Below, piece by piece: positions 25,505-37,897 of a stretch of 64,000 nt of DNA. Position 1 is the first letter of the stretch, and every line of letters begins with the position of its first letter. A program made the translations under genes and the position numbers. The stretch comes from Euprymna scolopes. Its lineage: Eukaryota. The notes beneath the pieces are model-generated. The model was not told where the DNA came from, did not search any database, and saw nothing but the letters and a program-made list of their open reading frames with translations. Location: assembly GCA_053919585.1 (NCBI GenBank), contig CM132822.1; one strand, given 5' to 3'.

Positions 25505-27705
25505 TATACCTGTGGCCCTGTCAGTGGAACATCACAATACACCGAATGCCCCCTTGCAGAAAGATAAAGTCTCTCAATGGAGCCACCTGTTGGGTGTGGG
25601 TAGTGACCTATGACGGGATCTTGGTAGCTGAAGGACTTGGAGGTCAAGGTTTAGTATCCCCACTTTCCAACACATCACTTTGGCCTTTACCTAGGCTAGA
25701 CGAGCAGTCAGAGAAGCAGATCAATTGCCTGATCATTTTAGCCCTTTTTCAGATCTACAAAATTTCATTTAGGATGATGGTTGCAGAGCCAATCTTGCTA
25801 TAAAAGGATGCACACCCCTTTCTGTCCCTAAATGAATAATTATCTTTGGAATGAAAACTCAGGGACAGACATTTAAACTGTCAATCATGTTACTAGGTGA
25901 ATGAGTTTCCCCTTAGTTGCATCCCCTGAATGAGGAGAATAACCAATGAAATACAAAACTCTACATATGGCACCTGACAATAAATCCCAAGCTAACACAA
26001 ATAAAGTTCTGAAAGTATGTAAAAGAGCATATCCGATATTTGTACAGATAGTTAAATGGAAGAAGTAACCACTTACTATCCAACATACATAGTTCTTGAG
26101 TCAGTAGAGGACAAACCCACCAAACTCTTACCCTTCATAATAGAAAAATATCTCACAGCTACGGTTCCCAAAATCAATCAAAACAACTCATAACAATATC
26201 TTGATAGTAGAAGTAAAAAACAAGAAGTATGCTGAACTATTATTAAGAATCACCACACTACACAATATAAAAATAAAAGCCTACCCCCATAACTCTCTCA
26301 ACACTTCAAAGAGAGTGGTAAACAACCTAGAACAGACGAAATCAAACAAAACTTTAAAAAGCAACAGATGTTGCTATAAAGAAATTCGTTCAAGAATTTA
26401 ACACCGATACATAAATCCTCATATTTAACTCTCTCAAACCTTCAACAAAAATTCAAATCGGTTACATAACAACGAACGTGGATATCTATATTTCTAATTC
26501 ACTTAGATATTATAATTGTTAGAAGGTTGAGCATCATGAAAACTAATATACCAGAAGGAAATTATGTAAAAATTGTGGAATGGACGAATCTAACTAGCGA
26601 CTGAGATGCATAAACTGACTCAAGATTCTGTGAAGAATGGAAAAATGAAAAGAAAAGTAATGAAAATTAAATATACCCAGTACATCTTCCAGGAAGCCCC
26701 AAAAATTGTCGAAAATACTCATTCAGCCCACTCTTACTCAAGAGTAAGTCAACCATTGCGAACCACTTTCAATTCTAAATGCTAAAACTGTAACCTCCTC
26801 ATAAGAAAACTAGCAAATATGAATCCAAACGGACTCCTAGCTTTCACAAAAGGCATTCACACTACAATCGAATTAATCTTCACCTCAAAACACTGCCTAC
26901 CACAACAAAAAATACTCAAGGACAACAATTCACACTATCACAAGCTTCTCAGGTAGAAAAACTACCACAAAATACCCAAGTCTCTCTGAAATAAGGACCA
27001 TCAAGATCTCAAAAAACAAAAAAAAAAAAAAAAAAAAAACCTTACTGTATGGAAACTACACAAACATACAAAGACAAAAACCCAATCTAAACAACCCAAA
27101 TCTAAATGTAACGAAAAGTCATGTTAGTGATACCAATCCAGACACAAATAATAAACAAAAACTATGAATAAAACGCCGGAGTTATGCAACAGGTATAGCA
27201 CAATAGAAAAAATGGAATTTTTTTTTTGGGGGGGGGGGCATCAAAATACAACAAACAAATTCCAGAGAACAAAAGATACTCAAAAACACAAGACCTGACA
27301 CTAAATCCTGGGTCAAATGGAAAATGAAAAAAAAACATAAAAAAACATGATACAATGGAATTGCCCAATGAACTATTTATTTTCAGATTATACAAATCAT
27401 ATACACGTACAAACCATATCTGCCATAGAATGATTCATTGCAGTTGATTTGCCATAAAACGAAACCCCCTCCTCTTCCCTCTCCTCCTCCCCCTCCTCCT
27501 CCTTTTCTTTTGCAAAAGTCAATCATGTTCTGCAAAACCAAAAAGAGAAACAAAAATTTTCCACTATAAAACAACCAAACTAAACACCATGAATAAATAT
27601 TTGTAGATATAAACAACTTGAAGCATACAAACTTTTACAAAAATGATCGGATTTCACATTAAATAACCTGAAAGGGGTTGATATACCGCAAAACAAAACA
27701 ATTAG
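25505..27705 (+). mobile_element. Decayed, internally deleted I/Nimb-type LINE (5' region, gag-like ORF1 relic, 3' tail)
   Basis: ORF1-like pieces LPFIIEK, LIVEVKNKKYAELLL, KAYPHNSLNTSKRVV and a degenerate CCHC knuckle (LRYYNC*KVEHHE). Tail attaaataacctgaaaggggttgatatacc-(caaaa)n at 27658-27700. Confidence 0.7.
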
Positions 27706-28279
27706 ACCCAACATCTATAATCCTTTATTCTATAAGAATACATTTCCTAAAACATGCTAATCTCCTCAACAAAATATTAAAAAAATGGGATCAAGTAAAG
27801 GATAGATACCCTGTAGCAGACGCCGCCGCCTGGCGGTGACAAGCGCACATTTCAACTAACACCGGTGATTCGACCTTGACATTGGCACACGCACATAGCG
27901 TCGGTTGTTTGTAAACAAGTCAAATAGCAAACAGGCTCGAATATTCGCCAGCAATTTTTTTTTTTATATATATATTTACAAAACTATTGAAGATTTAAAA
28001 GAAAAAATATATATTTACAAAACATTTTTTTTTTTTTTAAGTAAGTAACAAAACGAACGTATTTAAATAAAAGATATTTAAATAAATGGGTGTCTTCTGT
28101 TTCGGATTTTTGCGACCAAATCTTTAAATCTCGCTTGTTTATACTTGTGATTTTATTATGCATAAACATTGTCTCGGCCTAGAAGGATTTCTCCTTCACT
28201 GACCACCGACATACATCGCAATTTAAATAAATATTGAGGTAAAGTGGTGGTGATGGTGTAGGAAAAAGGGTCGGGGGGG

Positions 28280-31200
28280 GGGATCTTTAACCTTGGTGGG
28301 GAAGCCTCCTAGAGATGATGTCTCGATAAAACTATCGGTGGTGGTGTAACCTAAAATTCGTTAACCCCATTTATGGGAGAATGTCAAATCAAAATATTGA
28401 AAATAACGACGTGAATGAGGTTGGAACATCTTGCGAAGGTCTCACGTCTGGCAAGTGTCCCACTGGTCAACAGGGTGGGTCCTGTCGTCATCATACAACT
28501 GTTCGAAATTGTAAGGATGTGGCTGGATATAGGGGGAATGAGAATTGTCAGACACGAAAGGAGTTGGAACAGGAAATGTAAAAAAAACCATAGACGGATG
28601 AGGAAAGAAGAGCATTGTGGGAATGCTTTGTAAGAAGTGGAAGTACCAAATCTGGTGGATGTATCCGAAAAGTGAAGGAAGAATGGGAATTGAGAGGAGG
28701 AGGAGCTAGAAGTGTCGCGAGTTTGGTATCCCAGTTAAAACAAATTAATAATAACAACCTACTTTCAGTGATTGTAGGGAAAGAGATTGAACGGATGGTT
28801 AGGAATGAAATGAATAGTGAAAGTAAAATTGATGAAACTCGCTCTGATGAAAGAACTGAGAGAGTGGAAGTGCAGAAGGGAAATGTAAGCGATGATGGGA
28901 GGCAGACAACTGAGGAGGAATGGAATCCTATGGTTAAGGGAAATGATGAGAAGGAGTTTGAAGGATCTAAGGCAGATGAGATCATTGACTCTGAGACAAT
29001 GGAACCAGTGGAAGGAGCAGATGTATGGAAAAGTGGTGATGAAGTTAGAGCTTTGACTTCTGTAGAAAAAGAAGTACTTCAGAAGTTAAGAAAAGTTCTT
29101 CTTGGAGACGAGATCATAGATATTCCAAGTATGAAGAGTAGTGATAGGCGGAGGGTAATAAGCAAAGTAAAAATAGTTCAAGGAATAATTCACAACATCA
29201 TAAGAAAGAACATATCGATTACGGAACTTAACAGGCTTCTGTATGCAGCGTCATACGTTATTGCGAATCGTCTTGGCTTAATACAGAAGAAAAAGAGAGA
29301 AATGAAGGATAGAAGTCATACTGGCAGAGGCGGCTTGAAGAAAGTATTAAACGGTGGCGGAAAGACATTGGTAGAATCGAAGAAATAAGAAAAGGAGCTA
29401 AACTAAGGCAGAAAGCCAAGGACAAGCTTGAAAGGAGATATAGATTGCTGGAAAAGGGAATGATGACCATTCTAACAATGTTGACAGAGAAGGTCCACAC
29501 TGGTGGTATGAAAATTAGGAACTTTGTTGGAAAAGTATTGCATTTCGGCAGAACAACCTTTTCTGGAACAATCAATCTCAGCTGTATAAAGAATTAAATG
29601 GTAGTAAACAGGTGGGAAATAACAACACTCCAAATGCAGATGATGCCAGGAAGTTTTCGAGTGGGATTTGGTCTGTCGAAGGGCGATATAATAAGAAGGC
29701 TAGCTGGTTGGGAGAGGTAAGAGAAATGCTATCAGGAATGCAGCAGATGAAGAATGTTGAGATAACCATTGATGACGTGAAGGCTTGCATATGAAGGATG
29801 ACAAACTGGAAGGCACCTGGTCCAGATGGAGTGATGGGCTTCTGGTTCAAACAGTTCCAATGTCTTGATTCACCTATAGCTGCTGCCCTGCAAAGGGTTG
29901 TCGAGTCGAGAAATGTTCCTGATTGGCTTGTTAATGGAAGGACGACACTAATTTGGAAAGATCCTGCAAAGGGAACAGATGCCAACAATTACCGACCAAT
30001 TACATGTCTACCACTAATGTGGAAACTGTTAACTGGAATCTTTGCAGAAAAAATTTATGGACATTTTGTGAGTAATGGTGTTTTCCCTGATGAACAGAAA
30101 GAGTGTCAGAACGGTTCGAGGGGTACCAAGGAGCAACTACTGATTGATAAGGCAGTAATGCAGGATGGAAAGAGGAAGAAGAGGAATCTGAGTGTAGCAT
30201 GGATCGATTACAGACATGGCTTCTCATTCATGGATCCGTGAAACACTATTGATGATGAAGGTAGCTAGGAATGTGGTAGGGCTTTTGGAGATAAGTATGG
30301 CTCAATGGAAAACAACAGCAAACAGAGAGGTGCTGGGGCAGGTTGGCATTAAACGTGGAATATTTCAAGGAGATTCGTTATTGCCACTTCTTTTTGTAAT
30401 GATAATGATGCTACTGAGCATCCTCTTGAAGAGACAGAAACTGGGGTATAACTTTGGATCTGGTGGAAGACGCCTCAACCATCTACTGTTTATGGATGGT
30501 TTGAAAATATTCAGTAGAAATGAAAAGGAAATGGAGAGACTGGTAGAGCTTGTAGGGAAGACATCAGGATGGAGTTTGGGATTAGTAAATGTGCTGGTGA
30601 TGAAAAGGGGAGTAAAGGTTAATTTGAATGGAATAGTGCTGCGAAATGGAGAAATTATGAAAGAAATTGAAGATACAGGGTGTAAGTATTTGAGAGTGTT
30701 GGAAGGTGTAGGCATCATGACCAGAGAAATGAAGGAGAAAGTCAAGAAGGAGTAGCTTAGAAGAGTGAAACAAATTGCGAAGTTAAAATTGTATGGAGGA
30801 AACCTAATGAAAGCGGTGAATGCATGGGCAGTCAGTGTTTTGAGATACAGTGTAGGAATGGTCTGACAAGGAGTTGTATGCCATAGATATCAAAACAAGA
30901 AAAGTTTTAGCAATGTTTGGTATATTCAACATTTGAAGTAGTGTAGCGAGGCTGTATCAAAAGAGGAAAGATGGTGGGAGAGGATTGAAAAGTGTAAAAG
31001 ATTGTGTTAGAACTGGAGAGATGTTGTTAAAGGAGCATGTGGTTAGAAGTGAGGAGTGGATGCTTAAGGTTGTGGCCAATGAAGTGGAGGTATGTGAGAC
31101 CAAGGCTGATTATGTGAAACGTATGGATAGAGAAAGCTCAGAGGAACTGGCTAGGAAGAAAATGCATGGAAGGTTCTTCCAGGATATAGCAGTAGTAGTT

Positions 31201-31982
31201 GATGAAAGATCATGGCAATGGCTTAGAACTGGGTATCTGGCGAAGAGTACTGAAGCTTTTGTTTGTGCAGCACAAGAGCAGGCATTAGAAACATGATTGT
31301 TCAAAAAAGTGGTATTAGGAGAGAAAGTTGCTGCAGAATGCCGGATTTGTAGTAAGACCTCAGAATCAATTGCGCACCTTGCAGCAGGGTGTAGTGGATT
31401 ACCCCAGAGAGAGTACCGCAAAAGACATGATCGCATGGGACTCTGGATATATTGGGAGGTCTGTAAGAAGGTTGGGGTGAAATGTGCTGGAAAGTGGTTA
31501 GAGGAGGTGCCTGATGAAGTGAGAACAAGTGAGGATGGCAAGGTAGAGGTATGGTTGGACAAAAGTGTCATAACGACCAAGCAATTGGAACATAATCATC
31601 CGGATTTGGTCGTCATTGACAAAGTCTCAAAAAACTGGCAGAGTTTTGAGTACCCATGGCCAGGAATGTGAGAGAGAAGGAAAATGAGAAGTGGAGCAAT
31701 TATGCTCCATTGGCCTTGGAGATAATGCATATGCATGGGGTTAAAATCACGGTCATAGTTGGTACACTAGGAGTAGTATCAAGTCATCTGGAAGGACAAT
31801 TGAAAAACTATGAATCCCCAATGTTTTAGGCGGCCTCCAGACTTCTGCTGTTGTAGGTACCACCAACATCCTTAGGAAAACCCTTGATCTTTGAAGCTCC
31901 TGGTTTGGAGCCGGGATTAAGGGAAATCCTCTGGAAATGAATCCCATCCCTTTCTAGGGAGACGTTGATAAACGAAATCAGA
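28280..31982 (+). mobile_element. Near full-length, inactivated R4/Dong-clade (RLE) non-LTR retrotransposon
   Basis: ORF fragments from ATG 28381: NWKAPGPDG, NYRPITCLP, GIFQGDSL, NHLLFMDG (FMDD mutated), CRIC...HLAAGC, RHD, HPDLVVIDK. Many frameshifts. 5' boundary approximate. Confidence 0.92.
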
Positions 31983-31984
31983 AT

Positions 31985-32230
31985 TATTAATATTATTATT
32001 ATTTCTGTCGTCACATTTTGTGTCTGGTTGTTGTTGTTGTTGCTGATTTTATGCTGATAGGTGAATCATAATAAATGGCCATAAGATCTTCTTTTCTCAG
32101 TCTTCCAGCACTTTCCACAATATTCTAATTGTTCCCAACAAGGTGGTCTTCTGAAGCGCTCCAACATTGCAAAGGATCCCAATTTTCTTAATGCACTTGT
32201 CAAATCCTTTTGTTACACTCCCCATCAAAA
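31985..32230 (-). mobile_element. 3' end of a second R4/Dong-like element with (AAT)n tail
   Basis: Minus strand translates GSVTKGFDKCIKKIGI...LQKTTLLGTIRILWKVLED*, followed by a UTR and aataataat. Confidence 0.8.
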
Positions 32231-32312
32231 CAACTTCCACAATCGTTTTATCTCTCTTTTAAAGACTTGGTACTTTTCGAACTTCTCCTTTTCTATTTCC
32301 TCCTCATTCACA

Positions 32313-32695
32313 NNNNNNNNNNNNNNNNNNNNNNNNNNNNNNNNNNNNNNNNNNNNNNNNNNNNNNNNNNNNNNNNNNNNNNNNNNNNNNNNNNNNNNNN
32401 NNNNNNNNNNNNNNNNNNNNNNNNNNNNNNNNNNNNNNNNNNNNNNNTNNNNNNNNNNNNNNNNNNNNNNNNNNNNNNNNNNNNNNNNNNNNNNNNNNNN
32501 NNNNNNNNNNNNNNNNNNNNNNNNNNNNNNNNNNNNNNNNNNNNNNNNNNNNNNNNNNNNNNNNNNNNNNNNNNNNNNNNNNNNNNNNNNNNNNNNNNNN
32601 NNNNNNNNNNNNNNNNNNNNNNNNNNNNNNNNNNNNNNNNNNNNNNNNNNNNNNNNNNNNNNNNNNNNNNNNNNNNNNNNNNNNNNNNNNNNNNN
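32313..32695. other. Assembly gap (others at 35471-35610, 37662-37831 and 54167-54444)
   Basis: Runs of N. Confidence 1.
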
Positions 32696-32995
32696 AGTCA
32701 TACAGGCCATCATCAGATATTTCTTTTTGAGAACAATTTGTGGTATTCTCTGGAGTCTGAATGACAACAAGTCATCCCAGATTTCCAGTACTCTCCATTC
32801 CTTTCGATAACCTTTGCAATTGAATTTGCATTATCACAAAAGCCGCTTACCATTGATTTCTCATTGGCAGCGACATTGGTCTTCACTTGAATTTGGCTGA
32901 CAATAAGCTTCCCCAAGGTCTCAGTCCTCTTTGTACTCATCCAACAGAGGCCTGCCTAGTGCTTTCACTCCTCGGTCATTCCATCCTCCTTGACC
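32696..32995 (-). mobile_element. Short retroposon built from Dong-like 3' ends, copy 1
   Basis: Reverse complement of 45125-45477 over ~300 bp. Confidence 0.7.
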
Positions 32996-33099
32996 CTCTT
33001 CACTTATTTCATGTGGCGTCAGTTTATGTTGACACACATGCACATCAAAAAAGGCTGTGGCACAGGGGGTTAACTTGCAATTATGTAGTTTCAGTTTTC

Positions 33100-34200
33100 A
33101 TGATTCCATGTGATGTCCTTTTGTGTTTTACCTCTGTAGCAGTTTCTGTGTGTCCAGCTTGTGCCTGTAGCTCATGTGTGTTAGTCTCCGCATTCCTTAA
33201 TATTTCAACTGTTTTTATTACTGTTATTCATTGTATCTTCTCAGCTATCCCTCTGATTCCAATCTCTCCCATTCTTTTTTCAAAGTTTTTCAGTATTGTT
33301 CCTAGTGCTCCTACTTTTAGTGGTGTTATCTAAACTTTCTTCATCTTCTATATTCCTTTGAGTTCTCTGGCCAGTTCAGTCTATTTGCTCCACTTCTCTG
33401 TCTTCTTGATCTTCACCTTGTGGTCTGCTGGAACGGCAAAATCTACTATCTGTAGGACTTTTCCTTCTTGTTAACAATTATGACATCCGGTCTTCTTGCT
33501 TGGATAGGTTTATCGGTTTTTATATCCATGTCCCATGGGGTTTTGTGACTTTCATTTTCAAGTACTACTGCCGGTGTGTGTTTGTACCATGTTTCTAGGC
33601 ATTCAAAATGGACTTTATTTGCATAATTCCCAGTGTACTACTTTCCCCACTTGATCATGACTACTTTTATATTCATTTTGGGCTAGTTTGCTGTATTTGC
33701 TATATATGTGGTTTATTGCTTTGTCTCTTTGTTCACAGAGTCTGTATTTGCTGTTTTCTTGTGTTTTGTTAATTTTTGCTTTGATGTGCTTGATTTTAAT
33801 TGCATTATCTTGTGTGGCTGTTATTACGGATTTAGTTCCTCTGTTTAGGTTTCCTTTTCGCATCCACGTCCAACTGTTTTTTTTAGTCTCATCTATGTAG
33901 CTGTTTCTCTTCCCATTTTTCTTTTCTTGTCTACCCCTTATCTCTTCATTTTCTGTTTTGTATGTTTTTTCAGTGTCTATTGCTGCAGTAATTATTTTTT
34001 CGGAGTTCTGCATTATGCATGCTTCTAATTCTTTTCTTGTGTCTTTTACACAGTCTTCAATACAAACCAGTCCCCTTCCTCCATCTTTCCATTTCAAATA
34101 GAGTCGGTCAGCATCATCCTTTGGATGTAGTGCATTGTGCATTGTCATGAGTTTCTTGGTTTTCTCATCAAGATGTCTCAGTTTTTTTTTAGTCCAACCT
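33100..34200 (-). mobile_element. 5'-truncated R4/Dong-like LINE (RT thumb and RLE region)
   Basis: ORF 33615-34391 contains LMTMHNALHPKDDADRLYL...GGRGL and HDQVGKVVHWELCK, then RRPD and DFAVP in adjacent frames. Confidence 0.88.
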
Positions 34201-34322
34201 ATAAACGGTCCAGAGTAAGACAGATATGAATAGAGGCTGAAGAGCGCCCGACATAGGCGACCAGATATTTTTTTTTTTTGAGGATTTGTAAACCAACGGT
34301 ACGGATGTTTTTCTGATCTTCT

Positions 34323-34398
<76 letters not shown>

Positions 34399-35107
34399 CT
34401 TTTGAAAACGATCTCTTTAGTCAGTACTATCAGAATACTCTAATATTAATAGGTGTTATCTTCCCTTTAATTGCATAAGGGTCAGAGTTATCTGTCCCTC
34501 ATTCCTTTTGTTGTTCATAAAGGGGCTCTTGGCACAGGCCAGGATCAAAGTGTAGTATCTTTCTAATACTACACCTAAGTTAATTTGTTGTTAATCAATG
34601 GAGATGGGGGGGGGCTTTCTATACTAAGACAATTTAATTTTACCTCCTTCCAGAGTGCACCTTTTCGGGGAGCCAGCTCCCTGAAAACGAGTTTGTGTCA
34701 CATTTTGCTTTCGTGGGGAAGCAAATAAAGACCGAAGGGGCTACTATGTACTTGTCGCTATGTCAATAAAGCAAGGCGCTTCGTGTGTGTGTGTTCGAAT
34801 ACAATTTCTATACTTTATTCTCCAACCTGGAACACCATGGAAATGGAAAAACAAAGGAATGTCTGTCTTGTCTGATTTTTTACTGGAATAGGAACTGCCT
34901 AACAGGATTGAGAAAACTGAAAACAATAAAACACATAAATTTGTGAGTCACTGTTTCGTTCATTTGTCTCAGTACAGTTCTTTGACATTTAGAAGCACTT
35001 TTAATGATTACTAAGTTTTTGATATCATTTTTAACTTAGATTAAAGTATTAGATTGGTGTAAAAAAATAATGTCGTTTTTTGATGTTCAACTATATATAT
35101 ATATATA

Positions 35108-35470
35108 CTAGCATTTCATCCCGGCGTTGCCCGGGTGTTTGGAGGTGTATGTTAAGCAAAAAAAAAAAAGAGAAAAAAAGCGGTCAATTTTGTTAACTTT
35201 GAGCTCTATTATGACCCCTTAACATTTATTGTTTTGGGCTCAAATCAAGTTATTAAGTTAGATCCATGTCCAAGGAACCTATATCTAAAACTTCAAGTGT
35301 TTAGACCCAAAATTGTCGGAGGAGTTTGGTAGTGTTCTCAAAGGTCAAGTCGTTGAACTTTTACCCCTTAACAGCCAAATTTCTGACCGAAAACGGATTA
35401 CAAAGATTTTCCCAAATCTCACTACCCTGTAGATCAAAATTCGAATCTGTAGACTTAAAATTGACAGAGT
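35108..35470 (-). mobile_element. Helitron-like repeat; homologous copies at 37925-38550 and 38560-39050 (+)
   Basis: aCTAGcatttcatcccggcgttgcccggg terminus. Body is the reverse complement of 38680-38960. Confidence 0.7.
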
Positions 35471-35610
35471 NNNNNNNNNNNNNNNNNNNNNNNNNNNNNN
35501 NNNNNNNNNNNNNNNNNNNNNNNNNNNNNNNNNNNNNNNNNNNNNNNNNNNNNNNNNNNNNNNNNNNNNNNNNNNNNNNNNNNNNNNNNNNNNNNNNNNN
35601 NNNNNNNNNN

Positions 35611-35900
35611 TTTTCTTTAAGGCATATTTCATTAAATAAAATAGACGTTTTTTGTCTATTAATTCTATTTTCGATCCTTTCCAACTTCAGAATAAGAGTG
35701 TTCACTTCTGGCAGGAACTGGCTGATGTAGTCACCATATTTATCATAAATCTTAGTACTTTCCAATCCTTATTTATTATAAGTCCTAAGACTTATCATAA
35801 ATATGATGACTACATCAGCCATGCCTGCCAGAAGTGAGGACTGTTATTCAGAAGTTGGCAAGGATTGAAAATAGAATTAAAAAACGTCTATCTTATTTAA

Positions 35901-35905
<5 letters not shown>
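35611..35905. mobile_element. Penelope-like element ORF N-terminal fragment, present as an inverted duplication
   Basis: Minus strand YGDYISQFLPEVNTLILKLERIENRINRQKTSILFNEICLKE. A diverged inverted copy at 35790-35905 runs into (TA)n. Confidence 0.6.
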
Positions 35906-35966
<61 letters not shown>

Positions 35967-35969
<3 letters not shown>

Positions 35970-36250
35970 TTGGATGACTGCGTCCTTTGTCAAGACAAAG
36001 TAGGTCCATTCCACAGTCAGATTTTGCCACGGTTTGCTTGATCTGTGTTAGTTAATAGAATTTCTTGTGTGCAGGGTGTTTGCCCAGTTGGCTTAGTGCT
36101 TGCCTCGCATGCAAGAGACTCGAGTTTTGAATCCCGGGTTCGGATATGTCTAATTGATGAGTCCAAATGAGGGCGAAACTCAAGTCTTGGACATTCGGTT
36201 TGTTGGCTGTCATGGCTCTTGTGGGCTGTGACGTTGTTTAGCTGGGGAAA

Positions 36251-36253
<3 letters not shown>
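35967..36253 (+). mobile_element. tRNA-Ala-like SINE/retrozyme carrying a type I hammerhead ribozyme, embedded in (TA)n
   Basis: A-box 36080-36091, anticodon arm CTTGC-CTCGCAT-GCAAG at 36099-36115, degenerate B-box, HHR at 36146-36194. Confidence 0.75.
36146..36194 (+). ncRNA. Type I hammerhead ribozyme (C3U variant, minimal stem III)
   Basis: Stem I ATGTCTAA/TTGGACAT, core TTGATGA, stem II GTCC-AAATGA-GGGC, then GAAA-C-TCAA-G-TC. Confidence 0.8.
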
Positions 36254-36327
<74 letters not shown>

Positions 36328-36563
36328 AAAATTACAATTAAATTTACCAAAATGATCCAAGATGGTAAAATTAAAGTATATTATAAATATTAAAGAATTA
36401 ATATTTATAAAATTATCTCAGCCAGATATAAAAGCTCGATAAAACCAAATAGGAAATAGAGCTTATAATATGAGCAAACAGTTAATAAAATATGTTAAAA
36501 AAACCCTTTGAAATGAGTTAAAAACATATTTAATCTGAAAAGGAAACACTAGATAAATGGATA

Positions 36564-36612
36564 GTCCTTAATTCGCAGAGTTTCAAAGAAATACTTTCCT
36601 TCTCATCAGAGG
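36564..36612 (-). ncRNA. Degenerate hammerhead ribozyme, same family as 62107-62165
   Basis: Minus strand cct-CTGATGA-GAAGGAA-agta-TTTCTTT-GAAA-ctctgcgaatta-aggac. Confidence 0.65.
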
Positions 36613-37852
36613 GTAGGAATTAGCAAAATGCGGGATCGGATTTTGCATGCAGAAGTATTTGATGAAACAACAAGTGAAGAAAAAGGTGATTACACATGAA
36701 TGGATAGTCTGGTGGAAGATAAAAAATTCAGTGACGGTAAAATCCAAATGTAAAACTTCAAGAAAGTTAAAAGAATTTCCATTTGTACAAGTAAAATCCA
36801 AGGAAATCCCGTAATTGGAAGAAGATGGTCCATAATAATCCAAAGGCAGAAATCCATGGAATAATTCACAAAAATGTGTACAAGTAAAAAAAGAAAAGAT
36901 TTCAATAATATTAATAAAACAAAAATAATATATGCTTTTCACTCTACTTCCGAGACATAAATATAAATAAGAAAGATCAGGGAAGAGAAAGAGGAGAAAG
37001 AAAAAAAAGAGAAAAAAAATTATGATAAAGTTAAATATAAAATATAAAATAAAGGGAAACAAAAGTCAAAATGACCCAGACAGGAAATGTTAAAGGCGTG
37101 AAAAAATATATAGGGCAAAATAATATAGGTCAACTGAAATGTACAGGTCATCACTTAAAAAAAATGTCAGCAAGAGTTGTTAGACGACACTAAATGGAAA
37201 ATAAATAAATAAATAAATTAATAAATAAATAGAAAATAAATAATGAATAAAGAATAAATACATAAATAAAAAAATAATGAAAAATAAAAAATAAAATATA
37301 AAATATAAAATAAAAAAATAAAATAAAAATTATTTAAGGGGAGAGGATGGCCGGTATCTACAAATTCAGGAAAAAGTAAGAAAAAATGTAAGTAAATGTA
37401 TATAGTAAAATATAAGTAAATATACATACAAGATATGGAAGTGTGGGTAGATTGATGTATTAGATAGATAGGAAAGTTTAAAGAATAAAGCAGAAAATGC
37501 AGATAAATAACCGGCCATGCAAAGAAGAGATAAAGAATTAAAATAAAGTATTAAGAAGTATGTAGAAAAACGATAAAGTTAAAGAAAAATTTTTTTTTTT
37601 TCAGATTAAATATGTTTTTAACTCATTTCAAAGTGTTTTTTAACATATTTTATTAACTGTTNNNNNNNNNNNNNNNNNNNNNNNNNNNNNNNNNNNNNNN
37701 NNNNNNNNNNNNNNNNNNNNNNNNNNNNNNNNNNNNNNNNNNNNNNNNNNNNNNNNNNNNNNNNNNNNNNNNNNNNNNNNNNNNNNNNNNNNNNNNNNNN
37801 NNNNNNNNNNNNNNNNNNNNNNNNNNNNNNNATTATTGGTTACTTATGTGCA

Positions 37853-37897
37853 TACACGTTTCAGTGGAGTCCCAATTCAGGGGCAACATTTCATCAG
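37853..37897 (-). ncRNA. Degenerate minimal hammerhead motif
   Basis: Minus strand CTGATGA-aatg...cccctgaattggg...cact-GAAACGTGTA. Stem I does not pair. Confidence 0.45.

Noticed and set aside
28420-28500. Ribozyme in the 5' region of the Dong-like element
   Set aside because: R4-clade elements can carry HDV-like ribozymes, but I could not fold a convincing double pseudoknot by eye.
32210-32770. ORFs containing long X runs (also 35326-35765 and 54143-54473)
   Set aside because: Artefacts of N gaps.
34225-34270. CTGAAGA-gCGCC..GGCG as a hammerhead (also relics near 34950 and 47670)
   Set aside because: The GAAA half or stem II is missing. Too decayed to call.
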